From Amoebidium appalachense (lineage: Eukaryota; Protista; Ichthyosporea): a stretch of DNA of 64,000 bases. Location of the stretch: assembly GCA_963693365.1 (NCBI GenBank), contig CAVNZM010000003.1, positions 7,125,312 through 7,189,311 of the forward strand. The letters are read 5' to 3'. Below are positions 1 through 16,666 of the stretch, one piece after another. The translations under genes and the position numbers were made by a program. The notes below the pieces were generated by a model. The model was not told the DNA's origin, ran no database searches, and saw only the letters and a list, made by a program, of their open reading frames with translations. Within the stretch, counting starts at the first letter, position 1; each line of letters begins with the position of its first letter.

Positions 1-381
1 GTGCATGCAAATATGCTGGTGCGTATAATGTTTGTGCACGTGCATGCAAATATGGTGGTGGTTATAATGTTTGTGCACGTGCATGCCAAATATGGTGGTG
101 GTTATAATGTTTGTGCACATGCATGCAAATATGGTGGTGGTTATAATGTTTGTGCACGTGCATGCAAATATGCCGCTAAGTTGTGAGTATAATGTTTGTG
201 CACGTGCATGCAAATATGCTGGTGGTTATAATGTTTGTGCACGTGCATGCAAATATGCTTGTGGTTATAATGTTTGTGCACGTGCATGCAAATATGCTGG
301 TGGTTATAATGTTTGTGCACGTGCATGCAAATATGCTGGTGGTTATAATGTTTGTGCACGTGCATGCAAATATGGTGGTGG
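1..381. repeat. ~39-bp minisatellite, about 10 copies, truncated by the window edge
   Basis: Unit GTGCACGTGCATGCAAATATGSTGGTGGTTATAATGTTT repeated head-to-tail with no spacers. Confidence 0.95.
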
Positions 382-875
382 GTATGATTTGTTGTAAGAT
401 GACATATGATGTCTATATCAATGTGGCCTGAGGGGTGGCCGACCAATCAGCAATCGGAAGGAGCATGTATTGCCGTGCAAGCACACGTGCAAGTGCTTGC
501 CCAGGTCCATGCCCGTGCCTCATGCATGCTACGCCTATGTATCCCATTCACCAATCACCCAGCTCTGACCCCCGCCTCCCCCCTCTCCCCCCCCCCCCCC
601 TTTCTGCCCAATACTCCCCGCCCGCCCCCTCCTCCTCACTCTTTCGATGCCTTCCAGCCACCCAGACCACCAACATCGGCCCCTCAGGCCGTACATACAC
701 ATACATGTACACCCCCCTCTTCCCCTCCTTCCCGGTTTCCTCACCTTTAAGCAGCCTCCTCCCCCCCCCCCCCCCCCCCCAAACCCTCCTCTCAATCCCC
801 CCACCCTCCCTCCCCACAAAAAACAAATAATAATTTCGCAACAAAGAATGTGCCATCACTACACATGCCCCTTAA

Positions 876-1126
876 ACCAACCACCGCTTCTTCCATTTTG
901 GCGTCTGGGCGCGGACCACCCGAGAGCTACATTTCTCAAAGGTGTCTTACCAATCAAGAGACTCGATCAATTGTGTCAGAATGCCGATGTCGACATTCGA
1001 CAGAGCCAGTTTCTTCGCGCCTTTTTCAGCCCAGCGGCTACGCGGTGTCATGGAAATTGTGCACAGAATGACGTCACCAATGTGGCTCTCCGCCCAGCGG
1101 CTAAAATGGAAGTAGCGGTGGTTGCT
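876..1126. mobile_element. MITE with TTAA target-site duplication (Kolobok-like termini)
   Basis: Imperfect ~25-bp TIRs ACCAACCACCGCTTCTTCCATTTTG / CTAAAATGGAAGTAGCGGTGGTTGCT, flanked by TTAA at 872-875 and 1127-1130. No transposase. Confidence 0.8.
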
Positions 1127-1145
1127 TTAACACCGCACTGCTGTG

Positions 1146-1509
1146 ACATGTGCACACAGTACCCCCACATGTGCACACAGTACCCCACATGTGCACACAG
1201 TACCCCACATGTGCACACAGTACCCCACATGTGCACACAGTACCCCACATGTGCACACAGTACCCCACATGTGCACACAGTACCCCCACATGTGCATACA
1301 GTCCCCCACATGTGCACACAGTACCCCACATGTGCACACAGTACCCCCACATGTGCATACAGTCCCCCACATGTGCACACAGTACCCCACATGTGCACAC
1401 AGTACCCCACATGTGCACACAGTACCCCACATGTGCACACACTACTCCACATGTGCACACAGTACCCCACATGTGCACACAGTACCCCACATGTGCACAC
1501 AGTACGCAC
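1146..1509. repeat. 20-21-bp minisatellite, about 18 copies, starting exactly at an intron donor
   Basis: Unit ACATGTGCACACAGTACCCC(C). It abuts the minus-strand GT donor at 1509. Confidence 0.95.
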
Positions 1510-1799
1510 ATCGATGTTTCGCTGTAGTCCAGGTCCCCCGCACCAACCACCATCTGCAGTCACTCCTTGGCCATTGCCGGTGCCGTCCTGCTGCCCCACT
1601 TGCCATAGGCCGCATCAGATACCAGGCCAATGCTCACTGTGTCGGTGGTGGGCAGCACGAAGCTGTAGGTGGGGCTGGGGATGGAGGGAGGGAGAGAAGG
1701 GAAGGAGGGGGGGGAGAGGGGGGGGTTGGCGGGTTAGGTGTAAAGACAAACTGTTGAGGGATATAAAACGGGTAAGAGCTAAAGTGGGATGACAGGGGG

Positions 1800-1877
<78 letters not shown>

Positions 1878-3392
1878 GTGTGTGTGTGTGTGGTGTGTGT
1901 GTGTGTGGTGTGTGTGTGTGTGTGTGTGTGTGTGGAAGGAAGGTATTGCTGGTCATTCGGAGCTTTCAATAGCCACTGCACACGGCCCATTGACCTTCTG
2001 TGTTTGTGTGTGTGTGTGTGTGCGTGTGTGGTGATGTGGCAGTGGTGGTTGTGGTGGTTGGTTGGGGGGGGGGGGGGGGGGGGGGGGAGTAACGGTACGA
2101 AACAAAAACCCCCCATGGCCTCTCTATGCCCACTCCTTCTGCTTCCACCCAGATGCCTTATATGTATATCAAGCCTGGTTCTTCAGTTTACATGGGCCAC
2201 CACCTTTCTCTGGTATAGAACCCACCAATTTACTGTAGCAAGTAAGCCCCTCCCCCACCCCCCTGATACGGTTTAAACTCACCCTCCCTGCCACCCCCCT
2301 CCCCCCCCTCTCCCCCATCGTGACTTTCACTTATGGACCCCCACCTTGGTCCGCTTCCAACCCTTGCCGTAGCTTTTGCACATCGTTCCTTGGGCCTATT
2401 GTATCCCCACCCTCCTAAGTTTACAACCCCTCGAACTAACTTTCACATACAGACCCCCACCTTGATCCGGTATAGAACCCCCCATGGACCCTGTAGTAGT
2501 ATCTTGTGCCGGGCACCAGACCCCCCAACCTCATATATGATGCATCCGTCCGTTCTATCCCTGACCACCTCATGTGCCGTGTGTCCCTCCCAATACATCT
2601 GGCCTGGATGGCTGCCCCACCGTACGGTCTGGTGTTGCTGTTTGGTGCATGTCTTGGTGACCCACATAACCTGGGGGTAGGTGTGGTGGGTTGAATGGGT
2701 GGGCCAGGGTGGGGGTGGAGGTAGAGATGGTTGAAGTTGTGAAGGGGCATATGTGTGGTTGGAGTGTAAGGAGGTGGGGGGGGGGGGGGGGGAGTTCGTG
2801 CGTGCAGGCGAGTTCTCGTGTGTGTGTTAGCCACACGGTGTGCATGTGTCGTGTGTGTATGTGGTCTGAGTGCGAGAAATCCGAATGTTTCTTTTGATTT
2901 GAACGCACCTTTGTGTGTATGTGCGTGATAACGTGTTTGAGCAGGACCCACTGGGCCGGCTTCGAGGCTTTTTTGGCTCCTTGTGTGCACGTGTGTTTAG
3001 GAGCACACATGCACACGCACGTGAGAGCCTCAATATTGCAGGGTAGGTGGTATAACGCAAACAAATACAATGCAAAGGGTTGAAGCGGTTTGACCCCAGA
3101 CTCATGTTCTTCACACAGATCGTTTACTGGAAGTCTAAAAGTGAAAGTGAGCAGGGTATTGCTGTAAACATGTTTCCCTGGATCCACTAAACGCACACAG
3201 GGCTTCCCGACACTGTTTGGGAGCATATGTGTTTCTCTGCATGCGGTATCCTATGTATGTGCCAGTTTTAAGTGCAGATCTGACTGTCACGGTGTGTGTG
3301 TGTGTTTTGGGGGGGAGGGGGGGGGGGGGGGGGAGAAGAGCAAATTTGTAAAAATGAAACTGTGAGATGTGTGTGTGCGGGCCGCACGTGTT

Positions 3393-3525
<133 letters not shown>

Positions 3526-3764
3526 CACCGTGTCACCGTGTGTGGGGGTTCGCGTGTGTATGTGTGTGCGAGCGCGTGCGCACTTCTCTTTGTGTGTGTG
3601 CATGCCTGTGCATATGAGAGTGTGGTGAGCAGGTATGTGTGCGTGTGCATGTGCACGGCTGTGTGAGGGAATGTGTGTGTGGATTTGTGCTTGTGTGTGT
3701 GTGTGTGTGTGTGTGTTTGTGTGTGTGTTTGTGTGTTGGGTGTGTGTGTGTGTGTGTGTGTGTT

Positions 3765-3817
<53 letters not shown>

Positions 3818-4386
3818 CCATGCCAAAGACCTGCTGCAGCAGGCAGCTGCAGCTGCAATCTAGACTTCGTGTTCATATTCATAAAGCAGGTACGGTTAAA
3901 AAATATTCCGTGAATATTATAACGCGATTTTCAGAAGCAATATTCCTATTTTTTTATTGTTTTATAAAATATATAGGATAAAGTATTGTTTTCAGTTTTT
4001 TTGCTGTGCAGCATACAGGAGTGCCACTCACTGCCAACTGCCAAAGAAGTGGTTATGGTGCCACAAACAGGAGTTTTGGGAGAACATGACCTGTGAGCCG
4101 CAGGCCCGCAGCCAAGTGCTGATTGGTTGTAAGTGGCTGGCAAAGTCCTATTGGCTGATCGGCGATATCAGTGATTGACTGTGTAGATACTGTATCTTGT
4201 GCCCTCACATTTCAAATAACAATATCATCTATTTTGCATATTACTACATATTACATTCTAAATATACATCACAATTGAGTACATAATATTTTTAGTTAGC
4301 TTCATCGTCAAAACCGTCTATGTATAAGTTATGTGGACCGGTGGTGCCATATTGACCAATAGGAAGAATTTAACTCTTCCTGAACT

Positions 4387-4614
4387 CAAGCCCGACCATA
4401 ACCCCGTTTTTACGGTAAAAAATACCCAAAAGTTTTCAAAAATACCATCAAAATTTCAGTTTATGGTAAGCCCCCGCAAGTTTCATGGTAAGTTACAGTA
4501 GGACCCCTCCTTTATCCTCCATTGACTTGGGAAGAAAAATACCATACCCCCCGGGCGAAAATACACCGGGGCTTGAAAAAATACCGAGAAAAAAGGTCTG
4601 AATTTTCGGGCTTG
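4387..4614. mobile_element. hAT-type MITE, 228 bp
   Basis: Perfect TIR CAAGCCCGA/TCGGGCTTG, perfect 8-bp TSD CCTGAACT (4379-4386 and 4615-4622), and internal repeated AAAATACC/GGTAA motifs. Confidence 0.9.
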
Positions 4615-4994
4615 CCTGAACTCCTTGTAAACTTTCCTATGGGCTAATCTTCAGCAAGATTAAAATATTATGAACAGTTATCGATAATCATAGCACAGTT
4701 ACTATAGCTAGGCAACTGACTATAAGACTTAAAGCTGCTATATATTATATATTAATTTTTGACTTTGAATAAGCCAAATACTGGTGGGTACTCGAGAGTG
4801 CAATCATTCAATGCATCCGGCATCTTAGCAAAGCTGGGGGTATGTGGAGATCTCGGTTCTTTCCGGATCGGTCGCGAGAGCCATGTGATTGCGACGGAAC
4901 AGCTGAGAGCCTGCCAGCTGAGGGCGGGAGAAGAGCGCAGTGGCTTTGACGTCGCTCGTATTGTTTTCTGGAGGGAGTTGTTGTGTGTGCCAGC

Positions 4995-8916
<3,922 letters not shown>

Positions 8917-8952
8917 TTGTTTCTCTGTGACTCAGCGCTAACTTGAACAGAG

Positions 8953-8991
<39 letters not shown>

Positions 8992-10453
8992 CACCCCCTC
9001 CTCCTCCTCCTCCTGCTGCCCTTCTTTCCTTTTACGTGTGTGGCCTGTGTGTGTTTGAGGGGAGGGGGAGGGGGGGTGGGGAGGGGGGATTGGGAAGGCA
9101 ACTTATGAATGAATGATGATAGCTCGTGTGCAGAAATAGGAAGTTAGTGCACACACAGGACATGAAACCACACTGCTTTGTGCTGCCGGCACACCCATCC
9201 ACATACATGATAGTGGTGCTAATATTAGCACATGCCAGGTGCAAGGCATAAGTGCACCGCACGGCATGGTTGATATTTACCATGATTGTAGTGGTAATCA
9301 GTTGAAGAAGTTGGTTAATAAGCGGGCACCCCGTGCCTGGCAACTAACGTTTATTGATTGTGGTGTGTAACTAGGCCTTGTTCCACAAGGGTGTGCGAAC
9401 AGTCTGTTAGGCTTTGTGAGCTTCCTGCTCATTGGGGCTGGTGCTTGCTCAGAATGAAAGTGCACTGAGGACAAAGCATTACAAAGCAACGGTAAAACGT
9501 AAACATAAACAGACATAATTCGGACTTGCACACCGTCATCTCACTTGGAAGGCTGTACGGTAGCCTATACCCCAAACAGAGACACCCTCCCCCCCACACG
9601 CCTATGTACTTATATTGTCCTCGCAAACCATCAAACATCAAGGTTGTGTGATGTGTCATTTATGTGTGACGTGCATGTATGACTGTGTGTACACGTGCGT
9701 GTGTGTGACTGCATGCACGTATGCATGTAATTAGACCAGTGGTGGTGGTATTCTTATTAGGAGATTAAACGTAGCACCTCTAGATGAGTCTGATCGTTCA
9801 CTCCCCGGAGCGGGATGTGCACTCGCATGCGGTAGGGGATCGGTCGAAGCACGTTTGTGCGTTGGCCAGTCGATGGCAGTGTTTTGAATTCTTGACAGCC
9901 AATCGCATGCGGAGTGTGACGGCTAGTTCCTATTGGCTGATGTCGGCTACTCATATTAGGAAACTACCATATTTGGAACATATTTGTACGCCGAAGTAAC
10001 GGATCGGCGAAATTGCAGAACTTGCTAAGAGTTTATTATTAGTGAATGTCTTCATATTGGCTCTTTTTACATGCAGATACATATACATTTTAAAAAAGGA
10101 GATTATGTTTGTTAGCTTTCTTGTAGAATTTGTTCAATTATTGTTCCTTGATAAACGTTAAATTTGAAATTCTGTTTGATACTTTTCGGCTGGCAATAAT
10201 CAATCTAGGGAGATTTTACCGCCGTATGATATCCGAAAGCTCTCAGTACACTTGGGTTAAACAAAATAGTTCGCTTATTCAACGTTACATCGCTAATGTT
10301 TTTTTCGAGAACATATTTAGACTCTGTATGTTATAGATTTTTTTCCTTGATGACTACTTTTGCTTACCGACCTTCCTTTTATTGTGGCCGCAATCCACGA
10401 GCCCTGGGGATCCCGCCAGATCGTATCGAATGATTTGATGGTAGATGGCGCAT

Positions 10454-10508
10454 TCTGATTGGAGGTCTTTTCAAGCTCAGGAATGCAACCCCGATCTCCC
10501 TATAAATA
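10454..10508 (+). promoter_or_regulatory. Probable core promoter: inverted CCAAT box and TATA box
   Basis: CTGATTGG at ~10455 and TATAAATA at 10501-10508, about 150 nt upstream of the ATG at 10657. Confidence 0.6.
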
Positions 10509-10656
10509 GGGCCTGGAGTAACCAGAGTTTGTCATCGCTCAGTTCACTGCAGAGAAAACACTGACAGCACAAAACAGCAAGACACCATTTCTTTTTGTTG
10601 AACCACCACACCCCACTACCCTTGTTACGCACGCTTTGTGCTTTGTATCACCCACC

Positions 10657-11544
10657 ATGTCACATGCGCAGCACTCAGCATACGAGCTTACAGGCAAGTC
10701 ATCGGGCGACCTCCCCAGCGGTATGGACGTGCGCCTGCAGGAGCTTGAGTCCCGGCTGGCCCTCCTCTCCCAGGGCACAGGGGGCCATGCTTTTGAACAC
10801 AAGGCCCCGTGCGACCCAGGCCCAATCGGTATGATTGGTTTCGCCATTGCCACCATCATGCTGGGCTACACAAAGGCTGGGTTCACCACGGGCCAGGACA
10901 TCGGCTACCTTGCCACACAGGGCTTCTTCCTCGGTGGTTTGCTGCAGGTATGTATCCCCCCCCAACCCCCCCCCTCCGCCCCCCCCAAGTCCTGCACCTT
11001 TGCCCGCTCTCCCTCCCTCCCTCCCCCTTCCCCCCCCCCGGGGGCATCACTTTTCGCTGGCCCTTTTCCGTTCTATAGTCTTTGCGGCACCTCTATTCCC
11101 CATGACCTGTACCCCTCCACCTTCTGGTTCCGAGCAGCAGCTCCTCGTCACTATGCCGGCTGTTGGTGGGGCCCCGAGTCTTGCTTTACTGGTGCTCGGA
11201 ATATGTGCTACCCACCTGTTGCACGGTAGCTGCAAGCGGTTCGGTTTCTTGGCGACTCTTGTGTCCTGCTGTCCCTTTGCCCATCACCAGTGCAATTTTA
11301 CCCAAGTCACTGCACTTATCAAGTGCATTGTAGAGCTAGTTTCTTTGCACCAAGTGCTCTCCCCACCCCCACTGTTTGATTGTCCCACCCTCTCTTTTCT
11401 AGGTGGCACCATTTCCTCTTCTTTCCATGGGTTTTCGTAACTCCCCCCCCTCCCCCCCCCCCCCCCCCCCCCCCACCTCCCTCCCCTGCCCCCTCTGGGC
11501 CCGAAGATCCCCTTCCTACTCTTGCAGCAATAACAGCCCCCACC

Positions 11545-11576
<32 letters not shown>

Positions 11577-12415
11577 CCCCAACTGTCTTGGGCATATCCC
11601 CCCCCACCCCTCCTACCGGGGTTGCCGTGGTCGCACTCCTGTATTGAATGGTCCCTAGATGTTTTTGGATCTTCATGTTTCCCTGCGTGTTGAGTTCTAC
11701 CTCTTTTCGTCTTCCTTCCTTTGCCTTTTCCGTTTGCCTTCCACACTCCCACCTCATCCAGCTGCCTATATTGCAACATTTTCTTCATTTCTTCGTGCAC
11801 TTCTGTCAGCGGGATTACGTCCCCCAGTCCTCCTTCCCCTCCCCCCTCCCCCCCCCCCTCCCCCCCCCCCCCCTCCCCACCCGTCTGCTATCCTTCCCAC
11901 CTATCTACCCTCAAGCACATGACGAAACCAAGACACCTACTCACCCCCTCAACCTGCAGCTTCTAGCGGGTCTGATGGAGGCCAAGGAGGGGGGCTACTT
12001 TGGGGCCATGGCTTTCCTTTCCTTCGGCTGCAGCTGGATGGCCAACGGGGTCTACTTTGTTCTCACTACGGCCAACGTGCTGCCCAAGGCCTCACCTGCA
12101 GGCGAGCTCGGCAAGGCCTTCTGCTGGATGGTGTTCTCCCTGTGGCTGCTGCTGTTCACCCTGCGGGTGTCTGTCTACCACATCCCCATGCTGTTCTGTG
12201 TGTGGATGATCTTTGTCTGCGAGATGATCGAGAACGGTGCCGGAGTGGAGAGTGCCGGCCATGCTGCCGGCTGGTTTGCCATGATTGCCGGCATGATGGC
12301 ATTCCTTCTGGCATTTGCCATCAACGTGAACCATATTTGGGGCCGCCAGATCTTTAACTATGGCGCCTACCGCCCAGGTGACGACCACCTCCCCGGCCTG
12401 CCCTTCCTCCCGTAA
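10657..12415 (+). CDS. GPR1/FUN34/YaaH (SatP/Ady2-like) acetate/carboxylate transporter
   Basis: Exons 10657-10947 and 11960-12415 (phase 0, CAG|gtatgt...ctgcag). Family signature variant DPGPIGMIGF, GGLLQLLAGLME, FGAMAFLSFG, about six hydrophobic segments, Kozak-like CACCATG. Confidence 0.92.
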
Positions 12416-13945
12416 GTGGAGTCTTTACGCAGATTAAAACCTATATGGTTGCAGAGTGATTAACCAGGCTGGTAGGGTTGATCCCACCACCCTTTTTGGT
12501 AACTTTTAATATTTTTGCATAAATGTATTGTTAGTCAGGGGCAGAGCGGAACCCCTTAGTAGGAGGCAGCATAGCCAGTAACACAGTGACTCTAGAATAT
12601 GCGGGGCTAAAGCCTATGATGTAATTTGATTAAAATTTGAATGATGGGCCCTCACTGCAAGCATACAAGTGTCCCTCTTTTGCCCGAACACGTGCACGTG
12701 ATTGTGTTTTCCCACACATCCAATGCACACGGTGCACCCAAAGAGCACACCAACCATGATCATGCATATGCTTGTTGTAACCTTAGCCATCCAGCTCACT
12801 CCCCTTCCCCTCCCTCCCCCCCCCCCCCCCCCCCACCACCAAACCACCACCACTACCGCCACCATGTGTCCTGCGCTTGTGCCCAATAATATCAGTCTGT
12901 GTGGTAGTTGCCACATATACCTGCATGCACAATGATGCAAATGTCTGGGTGCAATCAGTAGCAGCAGTGTGTGTGCACATATGAAGACTTAATAGAAGGG
13001 AGCCTGGGGGATGGCCAGCACGGTCACAGCCGGACCTATGTGCTAGAGCTTTAGCCAAAATCCTCCATCCATCCCTTCCCCTCAAAAAAAAAAAAAACAC
13101 ACCACTACTACCACAGCTTGAATCATCCACCTTCACCACCCGTTCGAACTGTGTTCAGCCTTCACGATGCTCCCCATTTAGGTCCCAGACACACACAGGG
13201 TTATGCTTTGGGTTTTGTGTTTATTTTGGTGCAACAATTACGGCTGTGGTTTATAGAGGTTTTCCTGAAGTAATCTCCCTATACCCAGGGATTCAGTCGT
13301 GTGTGGTGGCATGGTTGTGTGCATCATGATGGTGGGTGGGGCTGGCTGGTGTCATCTTTTGGAACTACAATAGCAGGCACTGGCCGGGTTCGTTGCTTGG
13401 TGGTGGTTGCATGCAATTTATGATGCGGAGGTCCACGGGGGAAGGGGGGGGGAGGGGGGGGGGGGGGGGGGGGGGAGGAGGGGGTAAGATTGTGTTCAAG
13501 AGAGTGGGAAGTACACATTGATAACGGACAACACAAGACAGAGTGCAAACCACACACAGAGTGCGCGTACGCATCAGGGTCCTTCCGGGGGGGGGGGGGG
13601 GAGGGGGGGAGGTTGGAGGCCGGGTATTACGTAAGATGGAATATACGGAGTAAGAAGTTCACTGACTTTCACGACGAACAGCACAAAGCAAGATCTTACA
13701 AAAAAAGCACAAACAAGGAGTAAACACATCACGAGTAGGCAGCCCACACTCAGAACTGGGGCGTGGGAGGGAGAAGGGGGGGGGGGGGGGGGGGGGGGTG
13801 GTTGAGGCAAAGCGATCCAGGCCACTCAAAGTTTCAACACATCCACTTCACTATGGAAGCCCTTGCGCGTGCATGTGTGTGTGTGTCTGTGTGTGTGTGT
13901 GTGTGTGTGTTTTGTTTTGTTTCGTTTATTTTTTGGTTAAGGGGT

Positions 13946-13979
<34 letters not shown>

Positions 13980-14035
13980 TGCTCAAGATTCAGAGTCGAT
14001 GAAGAAGGACCGCCCTGGCTGGGGGACATAGGATG

Positions 14036-14170
14036 CAGTGTTGAACAGAACTTGTATCGGAATATATGTGGTGGGGGTTTATTGCCCACATATGATTAAA
14101 TAACAGTGTTGAACAGAACTTGTATTGGAATATATGTGGTGGGGGTTTATTGCCCACATTTGATTAAATA
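14036..14170. repeat. 68-bp tandem duplication
   Basis: CAGTGTTGAACAGAACTTGTAT...GATTAAATA at 14036 and 14104. Confidence 0.9.
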
Positions 14171-14632
14171 TTACTGTTCCTGTCAGTAGGCGGCAGGGTG
14201 CTGCTATGTACATGGCCACGTGTTACTATACGTGTTTGGTGTGTGTGGGCATTCATACGGTTGATGGAAACATGCCTACCTGTCAATTAATTAATTAATC
14301 AATTAAAAAATATACTGGTTTGGTATGTACATTTGACCCAAGTCTTAAACTGCCCGGAAAGATTTCCGTAACCCCCCCCCTCCCCCCCCCCAAAAAAAGG
14401 GCGGGTGAGCACACAAACCAACAAACCAGCTACCCCCCCCCCTCCCCTACCCCAAAACATCGCCACCAGCAGCTGCAGGCACACAAGCACAAAGAACCAG
14501 ACTAGAGCCCTATACTACAGTTGTTACAAGAGCCCCGGGGCAAGGCAACTAGGTTCTAAGAGCAGCCCGCACCTACCAACATACGTGGGTGGGGGACAAA
14601 GGGCAGACACGCGAAAGGGAGTTCGTGTGTAT

Positions 14633-14663
<31 letters not shown>

Positions 14664-14774
14664 GAGGGGGGAGGGAAAGAGAGAGAGGGAGGGAAGGAGG
14701 GGAGGGGGTATGTGTGTGTGTGTGTGCGTGTGTGTGTGTGTGTGTGTGGTTGGGGGGAAAGGCGGGTGGGCGGT

Positions 14775-14821
<47 letters not shown>

Positions 14822-14876
14822 AGGTAGGTAGGTTACAGGGAACGTCAGTGTGTGTGTGTGTGTGTGTGTGTGTGCC

Positions 14877-15758
14877 CTACCGCTCGACCCACCTAGCAAG
14901 GGTCTTAAACTGCTCATAGAACACAAAAACCAGCACGGTGTAAGGCACCATACGTGCATAGTTTGCATTGGCACCACTAGCAAACGCTACCACCCCCTCG
15001 TTCCTAAATGCCTTTATAGCACAGTCTATGGGCCCTGTGTAGTATGCGCCCTTACCGTCAGGCAGCAGGGGTTGGTTCATAAGCCGGGCAGCAACAAAGT
15101 CGAAGGGCTGCATGGCACTCACAGCTAGTAGTGCCGCACACCCACTAGCAGCAAAGTGTGTTGTGATGCTGTCTGAGAACCCACGCAGCAGGAGGGCACG
15201 TTTGGCCGTGTCGTATGTAGTTAGCTGCATACTGCCATAGGCCATCACCCGGGGCACAAACACCTGCCAGCCCCGAAACAGGCCCAGCACACCCTCCTTC
15301 CTTACCACGTCCCTGACTGCACCGCCAAGCGACGAGTAGTGGTGTTGGTGGCCCACAGCCAAACCATTATTGCTGGAGGCGGCCTGCATACGTGTCTTGA
15401 TGGCGTAGAAGGGCGTGCCTGCCAGCCCACCTAGTAGGGCCGCAACAAGGGCCAGGGTGAAGGTAGCAGAGGGCGGCAGGTCCGAGCCAAGCACCCTCTT
15501 ACCTACGCCGTATGTGGCAAAGCGCGTGCCTGTGACGGTCAACTGCAGCGCACAGGCCGCACCCAGGCCCCCGTACAGGCCCTTGGCGCCCTCTGCCCGT
15601 GCTATTCTCAGCAGGGAGGGCACTAGGCCCCTGTAGGCCTTGGCACTGTGGCTGGCTGCCTCCCCCTGCAGCTGTAGCCTTGTCTTGACAACATCAACAG
15701 GGTGCATCACGGCTATGGCGGCTACGGCGGCACCCCCGCCACATATGAACTCCTCCAT
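14877..15758 (-). CDS. Mitochondrial carrier, OAC1/SLC25A34/35-like; CDS has no intron
   Basis: 293-aa ORF with three carrier repeats (PVDVVKTRLQ, PFYAIKTRMQ, PFDFVAARL) and the subfamily-typical AVGHQHHY loop. Confidence 0.93.
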   Translation of the reverse strand: MEEFICGGGAAVAAIAVMHPVDVVKTRLQLQGEAASHSAKAYRGLVPSLLRIARAEGAKGLYGGLGAACALQLTVTGTRFATYGVGKRVLGSDLPPSATFTLALVAALLGGLAGTPFYAIKTRMQAASSNNGLAVGHQHHYSSLGGAVRDVVRKEGVLGLFRGWQVFVPRVMAYGSMQLTTYDTAKRALLLRGFSDSITTHFAASGCAALLAVSAMQPFDFVAARLMNQPLLPDGKGAYYTGPIDCAIKAFRNEGVVAFASGANANYARMVPYTVLVFVFYEQFKTLARWVER

Positions 15759-15957
15759 GGTGGGGATAGGAACTAGGCACTAAGAAAGGGGGGGGGGGGG
15801 GGGGGGGGGGGGGGAGGGTGTGTGAAAGGGGCAGGTGTGTGCCATGTGCTAGGAATCAGAAAGGGTGTGTGTCCAGGTGCTACGGTGGCTCTAGTATGTA
15901 TATTCTTTCCTTATGGCGTGCCTGTTCTTTCCTTGCAATAGAGGCGGATAGGAGTAG

Positions 15958-16035
15958 TAGTCAATGGTTTCCAATTTTCGCAACACGTGTTTGGTATAGT
16001 CAATGTTTTCCAATGTTTGCAACACGTGCTTGGTA
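15958..16035. repeat. 39-bp tandem duplication upstream of the carrier gene
   Basis: TAGTCAATGKTTTCCAAT..GCAACACGTGYTTGGTA at 15958 and 15997. Confidence 0.85.
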
Positions 16036-16316
16036 CTGATATGGTGCGGGAACGTATGCATATTGATATGACAACTGACCCTAACAGAGGGCCGTGGTGC
16101 GGGCGTCCTCGCGGCCGCCGCCGGCCGGCCACGGCCGGCGGCCGGGTGGACGAGGTGGTGCAGAGTAAGCCAATCAAATCTTGATTAAACATGAGCCAAT
16201 GAGATCACGATACGTATGCCCTAATTAGGCTCGATATGTTCTAGATCCGTGATCATATCCCCTCCTCCGGGCCCTCTCCCTTCTCCCCCCCCGGCGCCCC
16301 CCCACCCCCCCCCCCC

Positions 16317-16347
<31 letters not shown>

Positions 16348-16620
16348 ACTAGACACAAACAACAACGACGAGAAAAGAAAAACCCCCAAAAGATCAAAGG
16401 AAGTTTCCTGGTCCCCAGGAGCCATTATCGTCCCATATATGTACCGGTGCAAGTTCGGCCTGGCCGTGTACATGTACATGTATCACCGTCAGACATGTGC
16501 TTTTGCACAAAAGGGCCAGTAGCCTGGCAAACTTTGACAGACTCAGTGCACTGCTGAAATAACATGACTTTCCACTCCTGCCGTGCAGTATGGCTTGGTG
16601 CCAAGATTTTTTTTTTTTTT

Positions 16621-16666
<46 letters not shown>

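Larger units (their letters stand above)
640..2670 (-). pseudogene. Purple acid phosphatase (FN3-like N-domain plus start of the metallophosphoesterase domain), disrupted and partial
   Basis: Exon 2670-2461 reads VMWVT..VRWG../GLVPGTRYYYRV. Exon 1662-1510 reads SIGLVSDAAYG...AKE*LQMVVGAGDLDY, containing the GDxxY metal motif. Exon 682-640 reads GRCWWSGWLEGIER. Splice phases match between exons. There is a 1-nt frameshift at the G6 run (2521-2526) and an in-frame TGA at 1560-1562. The 5' exons and the GNH/GHxH exons were not resolved. Confidence 0.75.

Noticed and set aside
1-1509. CRISPR-like appearance of the 39-bp and 20-bp arrays
   Set aside because: The units are head-to-tail with no unique spacers, there are no cas genes, and the context is eukaryotic intronic DNA.
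12440-12500. A-box/B-box-like words followed by a T-run (tRNA or SINE-like)
   Set aside because: The boxes are too close together and no cloverleaf forms. It lies just after the transporter stop codon, in the presumed 3'UTR.
14877-15800. Intronless carrier as a retrogene
   Set aside because: A poly-C plus TTAG acceptor lies about 22 nt upstream of the ATG, implying a 5'UTR intron. No poly-A remnant or TSD was seen.
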